Below, piece by piece: positions 22,915 through 33,662 of a stretch of 64,000 bases of DNA. The position numbers were made by a program, and so were the translations under genes. Location of the stretch: contig CATNEN010000038.1 of the NCBI GenBank assembly GCA_950097015.1, positions 3,100,001 through 3,164,000 of the forward strand, read 5' to 3'. This DNA is from Macrostomum hystrix. Lineage: Eukaryota > Animalia > Platyhelminthes. The notes below the pieces were generated by a model, which had not been told where the DNA came from, made no database searches, and saw only the letters and a program-made list of their open reading frames with translations. The stretch's first letter is position 1. Every line of letters begins with the position of its first letter.

Positions 22915-25900
22915 TCAAGCAGCCCGGAAGCGGAAGACTTTCATCCAGCCATCGCCAGAGCCGGTGAAAAGCAAGTCCTGCATGATAGAAATGGACGACA
23001 CGCTGTCACAGTGCCGCTCCGTCTGCTGACGCAGCACCGCGCTAAGAACCACCCCGGTGCTGTGCCCGGCTCTGATGGCAGCATCTGCGCTGCTGACGCT
23101 GTTCTGCCGCGAGTTCAATAGGCGCCAAACCTGCAGTGCGCCATTCTGACAGCCGGCGATGGCAAACGCGCCGTCGCTTATTGAGCTGAGGCAGGACAGG
23201 GCGGTGCCGCCAGCCAGGCAGACCTGGCAGGAGGGGTTTGATTGACAGCTGAGCAATGATTGGCTGGTTGGGTTTGATTGACAGCTGAGCAATGATTGGC
23301 CGGTTGGGTTTGATTGACAGCTGATCAATGATTGGCCGGTTGGGTTTGATTGACAGCTGAGCAATGATTGGCTGGTTGGGTTTGATTGACAGCTGAGCAA
23401 TGATTGGCTGGTTGGGTTTGATTGACAGCTGAGCAATGATTGGCTGGTTGGGTTTGATTGACAGCTGAGCAATGATTGGCCGGTTGGGTTTGATTGACAG
23501 CTGAGCAATGATTGGCTGGTTGGGTTTGATTGACAGCTGATCAATGATTGGCTGGTTGGGTTTGATTGACAGCTGATCAATGATTGGCTGGTTGGGTTTG
23601 ATTGACAGCTGAGCAATGATTGGCTGGTTGGGTTTGATTGACAGCTGAGCAATGATTGGCTGGTTGGGTTTGATTGACAGCTGAGCAATGATTGGCTGGT
23701 TGGGTTTGATTGACAGCTGAGCAATGATTGGCTGGTTGGGTTTGATTGACAGCTGAGCAATGATTGGCTAGTTTGGTTGTTTTACAGTTGAGCAATGAGG
23801 AACAGCGGATCTTTGACTGAATGAACAGTGATAAAAGCTGGAATTAGAGCGGGCGGATTAGCACAGAGCACTTTGTCAACTGACTGGAGGCTAACCTGAA
23901 ATCTTCCCGTGTTGGCGCAGAACAGCCAAAGCGACTGGGCCGGCACGCCAGTACCCAGCAGGATCCGGTCTTCCGTCACTGTGATGCAGGTGATGTCAGT
24001 CAGCAATTCGTGGCCATATCGCTGATAGCCGCCTGGCTCGTCCAGCTGCAGCGGCGGCTGCTGGTTGCCCTGGGGCTGGAAGGAGGCCCGCAGGTCGGCC
24101 AGCACGATGAAGCGGTGCAACTCGGCCTGGCATGCGCAAAGCAGGGCGCCGCGCCACGCATCGAAGGTCAGGACGCGAACCGACTGACCGGAAGGCACGC
24201 TGAAGGTCTGGAGGTGTTGCAGATTGCTGCACTTCCACACCTGAATGATGGACACAAAATGGCTTGGTCTCTTCAATAAGCTATGACCAGATTCTAAGGA
24301 GTAGCTATGACCAGATTCTAACGAGTAGCGATGACCAGATTCTAAGGAGTAGCTATGACCAGATTCTAACGAGTAGCGATGACCAGATTCTAAGGAGTAG
24401 CCAGGACCAGATTCTAAGGAGTAGCCATGACCAGATTCTAACGAGTAGCCATGACCAGATTCTAAGGAGTAGCCATGACCAGATTCTAAGGAGTAGCCAT
24501 GACCAGATTCTAAGGGCTAACCATGACCAGATTCTAAGGGCTAACCATGACCAGATTCTAAGGGCTAACCATGACCAGATTCTAAGGGCTAACCATGACC
24601 AGATTCTAAGGGCTAACCATGACCAGATTCTAGGGGCTAACCATGACCAGATTCTAAGGAGTAGCCATGACCAGATTCTAAGGAGTAGCCATGACCAGAT
24701 TCTAAGGAGTAGCCATGACCAGATAACCGATAGAAGCTATGACCAGATTCTAAGGAGTAGCCATGACCAGATAACCGATAGAAGCTATGACCAGATTCTA
24801 AGGAGTAGCTATGACCAGATAACCGATAGAAGCTATGACCAGATTCTAAGGAGTAGCCATGACCAGATAACCGATAGAAGCTATGGGGTCAGCGGTATGG
24901 GAAGAATCGCCTCTAACTGACAGATGTCGCCCCACCCCAGGAATATGAAATGCCCAAACCTTTAGCTCGCCGCGGCTGCCGCTAAACAGGAGGCCGTTGG
25001 GACTGGCCGCGATAGCCGTAATGCACTCCGCGTGCGCGGCTGGCACAGTCTTGACTCTGTTGATGCCGCGAGCAAATCTGGCCAGCTGGACCAGACTGCC
25101 GTTTCTGCAGCCGACGAACACGTACTTGTCATCGTCTGGCCCGGGCTTCTTGCAGGCGCAGACAAAACTGTCAGCGTAGAGAGCGTCGCTAAGACGTTCA
25201 ACAGCGCGAGCGTTGCCGACGTGACCGGAGCACAGCTGCTGAATGTTCCAGGCCACGATTGCGCCTGTGGAGTCCAACGACACCAGCTGGAGTTGGTCGG
25301 CGATCAGCAGCAGCGACACCACGGTGTTGGAGTGCCAGTTGATGTTGGCGATGCAGGTCAGGTAAGAGGGCGCGATGGACTGGACAGTCTGCAAGAAGGT
25401 GGGAGCTAATTTGAAATCTGATCATAATTAACCTAGAAATCAGGTCACAGCTTCCCCTAAAATCTGGTTACAGCTCGTCCTAGAATCTGGTCATACCTTG
25501 TCCTAGAATCTGCTCATAGCTTGTCCTAGAATGTGGTCATACAATGTCCTAGAATGTGGTCATACCATGCCGTAGAATCTGGTCATAGCTTGTCTTAGAA
25601 TTTGGTCATAGCTTCCCCCTAGAATCTGGTCACAGCTCCCCCCTAGAATCTGGTCAAAGCTTCCCCATAAAATCTGATCATAGCTCCCCCTTAGAATCTG
25701 GTCATAGCTTCCCCCTACAATATGGTCAAATCTTCCCCCTAGAATCTGGTCAGAGCTACCCCTTAGAATTTGGTCATAGGTTGTCTCAGAATCTGGTCAT
25801 AGCTTGTCTCAGAATCTGGTCATAGCTTGTCTCAGAATCTGGTCATAGCTTGTCTCAGAATCTGGTCATAGCTTGTCTCAGAATCTGGTCATAGCTTGTC

Positions 25901-28598
25901 TCAGAATCTGGTCACAGCTGTCCTTGAAAATAGGTCTGAGGTGGAGTTTCCAGCAGCGGGAAGGTGCCAAGAGCCTTACATGCGACAAGCCGTTGACTCG
26001 CGCAGAAGCAGCGGGCAACGATGGTGAGCGGCCGAGACCGCCCGCGCCGATTCCTTTGCCAGCGATGCCGACGTCACCAACGCCGAAATCGAAGACGTCC
26101 CTTTGGCCGTTGCGCAAGCGAACGCTCTGATTGGCAGCTGCTGCGACAGCTGACGACCTGGCGCTGGTCGCAGCATTGACTACTGAGCTGGCCGCAGTCA
26201 GCAATGGCGTCGAAGAGGCAGCAGAAGCTGGGGCTGCCAAAGAAGCGGCTGCGGAAGATTCCACAGATGCCGGGCCGAATGTGGCATCGATTCGGTTCAG
26301 GCGCTCGGTAACTCGACTCTCAACTGAGCGCAGCTGATCATCGAGACCAGCCAGAATTGACAGGGTTTTCGACTGACGCTCCGACAGCAGGCCGAGGATT
26401 TCTCTCGGAGGCAGCTCTGGAAATACAGGCGCGGCATGTTCAATGGAGAGAAGCAATGAGGCTTGAACGTGTGAGATTTAATAACAAGTGTGTGTAATAA
26501 TGGAACAGGTGTCCACTGAGGCATTTGTACGGCTTGTAAGGGGGCTGTAGCCTTGTGGCTTTGTCGGACTAACGACTTGAAGGTCGGTGGTTCGATTCCC
26601 GACATCGATTACACAATTTGTGTCCTTTAGCTCTGACACTAAAATTTGCATTAGCTGGGGTGATTAAGGTTGGGTGTAGCACCACCCCATTCCATGGACT
26701 GAACAGCTGTACGCTGCCTTGTGTACAGCTTGTGCACAGATAGAACAGGTGTACACCAAAGCTTGTGTACAGATAATACAGGTGTACACCAAAGCTTGTG
26801 TACAGATAATACAGGTGTACACCACCAAAGCTTGTGTACAGATAATACAGGTGTACACCAAAGCTTGTGTACAGATAATACAGGTGTACACCAAAGCTTG
26901 TGTACAGATAATACAGGTGTATACCAAAGCTTGTGTACAGATAATACAGGTGTACACCAAAGCTTGTGCACAGATATAACAGGTGTACACCAAAGCTTGT
27001 GCACAGATATAACAGGTGTACACCAAAGCTTGTGCACAGATATAACAGGTTACACCAAAGCTTGTGCACAGATAGAACAGGTGTACACTACACTCCCAAC
27101 ATTGTAGGTAGAGCTTCACTAATTAGATTCACTAAGTTGATTCTAACCGGTAGAGCGGTACTAACCCAGCAGGCGGAAGATGCACTCCTTGGCGTGGCGC
27201 TGAGCGTCGCGCTGACGCGAGCCCTGGCAGTTCACCGTGTCGTAAGGGCAGGGCGCTGGCCTGAAATCGCAGGCTGCCATGTGCGAGTCGATCTCATCTG
27301 AAATACCAGTGATTGTGAATGTTTGTGTAGTAAAATAACTATCTAAAATAAAAGTTTACTTTTCTACTAAAAAAATAGGACCGCATCATTGTGTTCACTA
27401 TTTAAACTGGACCGCATCATTGTGTTCAACATTAAAACTGGACCACATCATGGCGTACTACCAGTAGGATAGTAAGCGAATAAAGCTTTAAAAAATCAAA
27501 ACCGCCACGCACCCAACGAAATGACGGCATCGCAGCCATTCGGGTCGGCGACGAGTTCAAGACCCGCTGGCATGAACTGGCGCTGAGACTGCAGACTAGG
27601 CGTCAATTGGAAATGATAGATGCAGTGCACACGGAGCTCCTGGACCTCCTCGCTGATGTTGCTGTTGATTGCATAAGCACCCATATCTATCAGATAAGCA
27701 CTCATATCTATCAGATAAGCACCCATACCTATCAGATAAGCACCCATATCTATCAGATAAGCACTCATATCTATCAGATAAGCACTCATACATATCAGAT
27801 AAGCACTCATATCTATCAGATAAGCACCCATATCTATCAGATAAGCACCAATACCTATCAGATAAGCACTCATACCTATCAGATAAGCACCCATACCTAT
27901 CAGATAAGCACCCATACCTATCAGATAAGCACTCATATCTATCAGATAAGCACCCATATCTATCAGATAAGCACCCATATCTATCAGATAAGCACCCATA
28001 TCTATCAGATAAGCACCAATACCTATCAGATAAGCACCCATATCTATCAGATAAGCACTCATACCTATCAGATAAGCACCCATATCTATCAGATAAGCAC
28101 CCATACCTATCAGATAAGCACTCATACCTATCAGATAAGCACTCATACCTATCAGATAAGCACCCATATCTATCAGATAAGCACTCATACCTATCAGATA
28201 AGCACTCATATCTATCAGATAAGCACCAATACCTATCAGATAAGCACCCATATCTATCAGATAAGCACCAATACCTATCAGATAAGCACCCATATCTATC
28301 AGATAAGCACCTATATCTATCAGATAAGCACCCATATCTATTGAGCATTATGTGCTCAGTGCTCAATTTGTCAATCAAAAACTAACCTATTAGGCACAGA
28401 GGACTCCTGAGCCAGAGCCCGGCCGCATTGCAGGCAGCCGTTTCGCTGCTGGGCGGCGGTGTCAGACGGCGCCCGACTGTAGCAACCGCTGCACAGTGTG
28501 TGGCCGCACTGATTCACTCGCGGCTGATGGTAGACACCGCGGCAGACGCGACAGACAAGATGGGCCGGCGGCGGCTGGGCAAATAGCCCCGGATTCAT
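22915..28598 (-). CDS. RING finger / TRAF-type Zn finger / coiled-coil / WD40 protein (TRAF7-like E3 ligase architecture), 7 coding exons
   Basis: Exons 28598-28387, 27661-27513, 27297-27166, 26416-25980, 25388-24960, 24240-23896, 23223-22915, in frame. RING CRVC..CGHTLCSGC..CLQC; EEVQELRVHC; HMAACDFRPAPCPY; C-terminal WD repeats (LFTGSGDGWMKVF). Probable 5' UTR exon near 29830-29940. Confidence 0.78.
23234..23775. repeat. 36-bp minisatellite, ~15 copies, last intron of the RING-WD40 gene
   Basis: Unit GATTGGCTGGTTGGGTTTGATTGACAGCTGAGCAAT. Confidence 0.95.
24279..24885. repeat. 24-bp minisatellite, ~25 copies, intronic; inverted partner of 25432-25920
   Basis: Unit AGC(T/C)ATGACCAGATTCTAAGGAGT. 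Confidence 0.95.
25432..25920. repeat. 23-25-bp minisatellite, ~20 copies, intronic; reverse complement of the 24279-24885 family
   Basis: Unit AGAATCTGGTCATAGCTTGTCTC and degenerate variants. Confidence 0.9.
26539..26760 (+). mobile_element. tRNA-derived SINE family 1 (diverged copy) whose 3' end runs into a tandem array
   Basis: GGGGGCTGTAGCCTTGTGG..ACGACTTGAAGGTC..GGTTCGATTCCCGAC..CCATGGACTGAACAGC, colinear with the 20526-20807 copy. Confidence 0.8.
26720..27088. repeat. 33-bp minisatellite, ~11 copies, contiguous with the SINE tail
   Basis: Unit AAAGCTTGTGTACAGATAATACAGGTGTACACC. Confidence 0.93.
27672..28340. repeat. 21-bp minisatellite, ~32 copies, intronic
   Basis: Unit GCACCCATATCTATCAGATAA. 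Confidence 0.95.
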
Positions 28599-28779
28599 CT
28601 TGCACGGCAGCAGGACAGCGGGCTGTTCTGATTGGCCAGCAATCAGCAGCCTGATGGCCTGGACACAGTCTAGAAAACAAACAACAAACACATCATTAGA
28701 GAGGAGAGGAGAAAGGGCAGGACTGGTAGAAGAGGAGGGCAGGACAGGCAAAACTGGAGGAAGAGGACACTTTAAACAT

Positions 28780-29710
28780 GAGGGAGAGGACAGGTAGAAC
28801 AGGAGGGAGAGGAGATGACAGGTAGAACGGGAGGGAGAGGAGATGACAGGTAGAACAGGAGGGAGAGGAGATGACAGGTAGAACGCGAAGGAGAGAACAG
28901 ATAAAAAGAAGAGAGAGGAGAGGAGAGGTAGAACAAGGTGCAAAGGACAGGTAGAACAGGATGCAGAGGACAGGTAGAACAGGATGCAGAGGACAGGTAG
29001 AACAGGATACAGAGAACAGGTAGAACAGGATGCAGAGAACAGGTAGAACAGGATGCAGAGAACAGGTAGAACAGGATGAAGAGGACAGGTAGAACGGGAT
29101 GCAGAGGACAGGTAGAACAGGATGGAGAGGACAGGTAGAACAGGATGGAGAGGACAGTAAGAACGGAAGTGGACAGGTAGAACGGGATGCAGAGGACAGG
29201 TAGAACAGGATGGAGAGGACAGGTAGAACAGGATGCAGAGGACAGGTAGAACAGGATGCAGAGGACAGGAAGAACAGGATGCAGAGGACAGGTAGAACAG
29301 GATGCAGGGGACAGGTAGAACAGGATGGAGAGGACAGTAAGAACGGAAGTGGACAGGTAGAACGGGATGCAGAGGACAGGTAGAACAGGATGGAGAGGAC
29401 AGGTAGAACAGGATGCAGAGGACAGGTAGAACAGGATGCAGAGGACAGGAAGAACAGGATGCAGAGGACAGGTAGAACAGGATGCAGGGGACAGGTAGAA
29501 CAGGATGCAGAGGACAGGTAGAACGGGATGCAGAGGACAGGTAGAACAGGATGGAGAGGACAGGTAGAACAGGATGCAGAGAACAGGTAGAACGGGATGC
29601 AGAGGACAGGTAGAACAGGATGGAGAGGACAGGTAGAACAGGATGCAGAGGACAGGTAGAACAGGATGGAGAGGATATGAAGAATGGGACGGTGAAAAGA
29701 TGACAGGTAG
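28780..29710. repeat. ~23-bp purine-rich minisatellite, ~40 copies, 5' intron of the RING-WD40 gene
   Basis: Unit GAGGACAGGTAGAACAGGATGCA. Confidence 0.93.
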
Positions 29711-30041
29711 AGCGGGATTATAAATTCTTCAGAAGTCGAATAGGTAAATAAGGAAAGCTGAATGCTGTTTACTATTTTTAGATTGCTGATGGATATATTC
29801 GAACTGATCAAATGTATACATGTGTGCGTACTTGCTTCTGCTCTCCACAAGTGTCAGAAGTTCACAATAATTTTGAGTAGCAATTTTATCAGTAAATAAA
29901 CGGCAGTAGCAGCCAGAGGGGTAAGACCGGGTGATTCTTAATAGAATAAATGAAGGAGAAAAAAGCTTCAAATCGGCACAAACATTGAACTGCATATCAT
30001 CACTATGCTACTCTTTGATTTCGGAATAGTAGTAGTATTTT

Positions 30042-30437
30042 CATCAACTGGGGGATCATTGTCAACTGGGGATCATTGTCAACTGGGTGATCATCATCAA
30101 CTGGGGGATCATTGTCAACTGGGGGATCATGGTCAACTGGGGGATCATTGTCAACTGGGGATCATTGTCAACTGAGGGATCATTGTCAACTGGGGGATCA
30201 TTATCAACTGGGTGATCATCATCAACTGGGGGACCATTTTCAACTGGGGGATCATCATCAACTGGGGGACCATTTTCAACTGGGGGATCATTGTCAACTG
30301 GGGGATCATTGTCAACTGGGGGATCATTGTCAACTGGGTGATCATTGTCAACTGGGGGATCATTGTCAACTGGGGGATCATTGTCAACTGGGGGATCATT
30401 GTCAACTGGGGGATCATTGTCAACTGGGGGATCATTG
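30042..30437. repeat. 18-bp minisatellite, ~22 copies, CARHSP1 / RING-WD40 spacer
   Basis: Unit TCAACTGGGGGATCATTG. Confidence 0.95.
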
Positions 30438-31072
30438 TAGCTATAAAAAGCTGTAAATTCAGCTGCTAAAAAGTATATACTAGACGAATTAAAAATATTT
30501 CTGCTCCACGAAGGGGGGCAAAACTTGCTAGTTTTTTACTAAATGCTTGAAAATAGTGCAGCTTTAAACACCAAAAATCACCGTTTGTGCCGATAATGTC
30601 AAATTAACTATATGTTTAGATAAAGTAATAAAATACGATTGAAAAATCATGGATAAACAGGTTTTTAGGCTTAAGATGACTCATATAAACATAAGCAAAC
30701 ACGCATAGTCAACACTAATGGACAGTTCTAGATCAATTATTGCCAACACTGGCCCTATTATTTAAAACAGATTCGAAAATATTCACATTCTGTCTTGTGC
30801 ACACATAACTACAATAAGCACTATTATAACCCATCTTAGGATCGGAATGACACATTTAATTGAATAACAACTAATTAATTAAGCTTCATTAGCAACAATA
30901 TATTTGTTAACTATTATTGATAATTTATTACGACATTGGAGAAAAGCCAGCAACACACTGATGAGCAGCCACAGAATCAGTGACAAATATATAAGAATTA
31001 GTTCAGTTTGATGACTGCACACATTGCAGTAGACGGGTCTCACTGTCTATCCGATGCAGCCGCAATGCCAGT

Positions 31073-31884
31073 TTAGCTATCCTCAGGCTCAGACCATTTG
31101 TGATGCTTCACATTGGGCGCCAGGTGAACAATGCGCACGTGGACCGCTTGGAATTTCTCATTCTTAGGCGGCACAAGAATCTTTTTGTACTCAACTTCGT
31201 CGCCGGGCATTGGCACGAATTCTTCTTCGATATCGGAGATGTGTACAAACAGGGGACTCTTGTGGTCGCCGTCGGATGGGACAATAAAGCCGTGACCCTG
31301 TGTTTGACAATTGCGCAATGGTAGATATTGGTGAAACTAGACCCGCAGCCAGCGAGGAGGCAATTCTGCCCGTTTCGCTGACTCCTGAGCACACACGCAC
31401 ACAGATACTGTACGCAGGCACACGCTCACACAGGTGTGTACATCTGCCCTGACTTTCTCATCGTCAGGCAGTGTACACTTGACTGTGCCTTTGAGTTTGG
31501 CCCTCAAGGGCGTAAATTACACGACAAGCCCCCAAGCCTTCTCTCCGCGGCTGCGCCCCAAATTAATGTGGCCTCGCCGCGGAATCGAACTTAGGCACTG
31601 TGGTGCGAGAGGCAAACGTGTTAACCGGTCTGCCACCGACCCCGTGTTGCACTTAACTATTTCCAAGAGTTAAATAAAACACAGGAACCCACCTTATTGC
31701 GACAGAATTCTTTAACAATTCCGCGATGGGTGGGTCCCATGCGGGCGCGCTCACTCTGCGACAGAGTGCGACTGCGCCTGGTGACAATCGGGCTTGGCAA
31801 AGAGAACTGCCTTTCAGCGGCTCCGGGACTGCCAGCAGTTGCATGCTGTGGCGTCTGCTGCTGCTTTTCCTGAGTGTCAGACAT
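31073..31884 (-). CDS. CARHSP1: Calcium-regulated heat-stable protein 1 / CSDC2-like cold-shock-domain protein, 2 exons, 138 aa
   Basis: Exons 31884-31693 and 31297-31073; LPSPIVTRRSRT.S, FCRNK/GHGFI, FVHISDIE.EFVP..GDEV.YK...PPKNEK.QAV.V. Confidence 0.92.
31325..31642 (-). mobile_element. tRNA-derived SINE family 2 in the CARHSP1 intron
   Basis: Head GGGGTCGGTGGCAGACCGG (A box)..AGTTCGATTCC (B box); ~310 bp colinear with 59230-59545. Confidence 0.85.
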
Positions 31885-32310
31885 TCTTGACAAAAGCGTG
31901 AAGATAATTAGTTAGCTAGGCCAAGCTGCAAATGTAAGGACAATACTTACTCAATACAGCAATGGAATTGGTTCAATTGAATACAGTATATTAAATTATA
32001 TAATTGAAAACAAAACTATTGTGAAATGCTAATGTAAATCTATAGATTTATCAATGAAAGTGATAGATACTAGAAAATATGAATAGTCTGTAACTTTTTG
32101 GCAGTTAAAGCAGAAAACCACTTTGCGTTTTTTAATTAAAGCCTAGAAAATGTTTTTATCTAAGGGGGCTCCGGATCATTTCCCAACACAAATAATTTAG
32201 ATTACAATTTCAATTTAAATCCTATTATATACAAATTCAAGTTCTAACTATTGTGATTTAAAAGCTTCATTGATACAGAAATTCTGATATTCAATAAGAA
32301 GTAGCTAAAT

Positions 32311-32693
32311 TGTAGTAGGGATGCTTTTATTATTTCTTTAAAGTCAAATTCGTGCCTATGCTTTTTGTTTGAATGCGCAAAATATTTTTATATGTAATAT
32401 ATTTTAAATATTTTGTCAAATTCGTTTACTTTAACAAACATTTTCTTATGTGTATATAAACGAGTGTAATTCAGTTGAGACAAATCAACGTGCCAGTGTG
32501 GCGAAAAGCAAATAAGCTATTACTGAAGAAGAAAAGTGTTGAGTTGGTTATTTGAGGCTGTGACCCTCTGATCCACAGAAAACGCCCAGCAAAGACTGGA
32601 GAATAGTAAGCCAGTGCCTTAGAAGGTTAAACCGCTCGTGCCGAGTGATACGCTACCATTAGAGGGAAAAGTAGAGAGACGAGCCCTGTCACA
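32311..32693 (+). repeat. 5' LTR
   Basis: TGTAGTAGGG...CCCTGTCACA, repeated at 38461. Confidence 0.97.
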
Positions 32694-32753
32694 ACTTTGG
32701 TGGCAGCGGAAAGGATCAGAGAAACAGCGAAATAACCCCATTGAGGAGTAACA

Positions 32754-33662
32754 ATGGATCAAGCTCAAGCACAAAATTTGATGGCTGTACTCGCGGAAGA
32801 GCTGAGAAATCGGTTGGAGATTGCTCCAACACGCCATGTGAAGATCCAAAAGTTCACACCTAATCAAGATATTCGGGTGTGGCTCACCGCATTTGATCAA
32901 AGATGCGAGACAGAAGGAATTGATGTGGACCATCGAAAGCAGGAATTGCTTGCCAACTTGGACTTGTCCACAGCATTTGCCTCTGTACAGAGAATGAACC
33001 TCCCAGAAAACCTTGACTACGAAGAATTCAAGGAGCGGATAGCAGAAAGATTCGGACGAACTGGAAGCCCAGCAGAATTCAGAGAAGAGTTTCGAGGAAG
33101 AATGCAAGGCAAGAATGAATCGGTAGAAGCCTATTCAGATAGTCTGATTGAACTGGCTGCCAGAGCCTTCCCAAACATGACAATGGAGCAACGAGAAGAT
33201 GAGCTGGTTGAGCAATACATCAAGGGAGCCAAGATATCCGCTGACATGAGGGAGAAACTAATCTTTGCTCAGCCTGCCAATCTACAGGAACTAAAGAGAA
33301 TGCTTAGAAGGTTGGAAGCCGCCTGGAGCATGACACACAAAGGTGCCGGAGTAAGGATTACCAGAAATGGTGAAGAGGAAGAGGAGTCTCTAAGGGCAAC
33401 AATTGTGAAGCAGAAGGAAGAAATTGAAAGACAGCAGAAACTCTTGCAGGAGCTCACCAGCAAAATGGCTGAGAAACAGTACGTACCAAGGAAGCCATAT
33501 GTACCTAAGTTCCTGCAACAGCAGAATACGCAGTACAATGGGCCGCAATTCTTGAACCAGAACCGAACCTGCTTCAACTGCGGAAAACTCGGCCATATTG
33601 CCAGATTCTGTCCTATGAGGATGGGCAACGGTCAGCAGAACTTCCAGAACCAGGGAAACTAA
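32754..33662 (+). CDS. gag: Gag with CCHC zinc knuckle
   Basis: 302-aa ORF; CFNCGKLGHIARFC; ends in the slippery heptamer G GGA AAC followed by TAA. Confidence 0.92.
   Translation: MDQAQAQNLMAVLAEELRNRLEIAPTRHVKIQKFTPNQDIRVWLTAFDQRCETEGIDVDHRKQELLANLDLSTAFASVQRMNLPENLDYEEFKERIAERFGRTGSPAEFREEFRGRMQGKNESVEAYSDSLIELAARAFPNMTMEQREDELVEQYIKGAKISADMREKLIFAQPANLQELKRMLRRLEAAWSMTHKGAGVRITRNGEEEEESLRATIVKQKEEIERQQKLLQELTSKMAEKQYVPRKPYVPKFLQQQNTQYNGPQFLNQNRTCFNCGKLGHIARFCPMRMGNGQQNFQNQGN

Noticed and set aside
29008-29016. TACAGAGAA METTL16 consensus
   Set aside because: Single variant unit within a purine-rich array, antisense to the host gene; chance match.
654-30469. Long repetitive ORFs in the track (e.g. 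654-1562, 5662-6169, 21675-22302, 27496-28385, 28696-29850)
   Set aside because: They are translations of stop-free minisatellites lying in introns or spacers; the real exons splice around them in frame.
31340-31365. GCCTCCTCGCTGGC in the SINE family-2 tail, identical to the HDV ribozyme P3/L3
   Set aside because: No matching P1, P1.1 or P2 partners found; the segment is better explained as one arm of a simple hairpin, and P3 is not conserved in the 4.5-kb copy.
31435-31480. CTGACGA..GAAA hammerhead-like core in SINE family 2
   Set aside because: Stems II and III are essentially absent, and the bases form a plain CCTGAC/GTCAGG hairpin.
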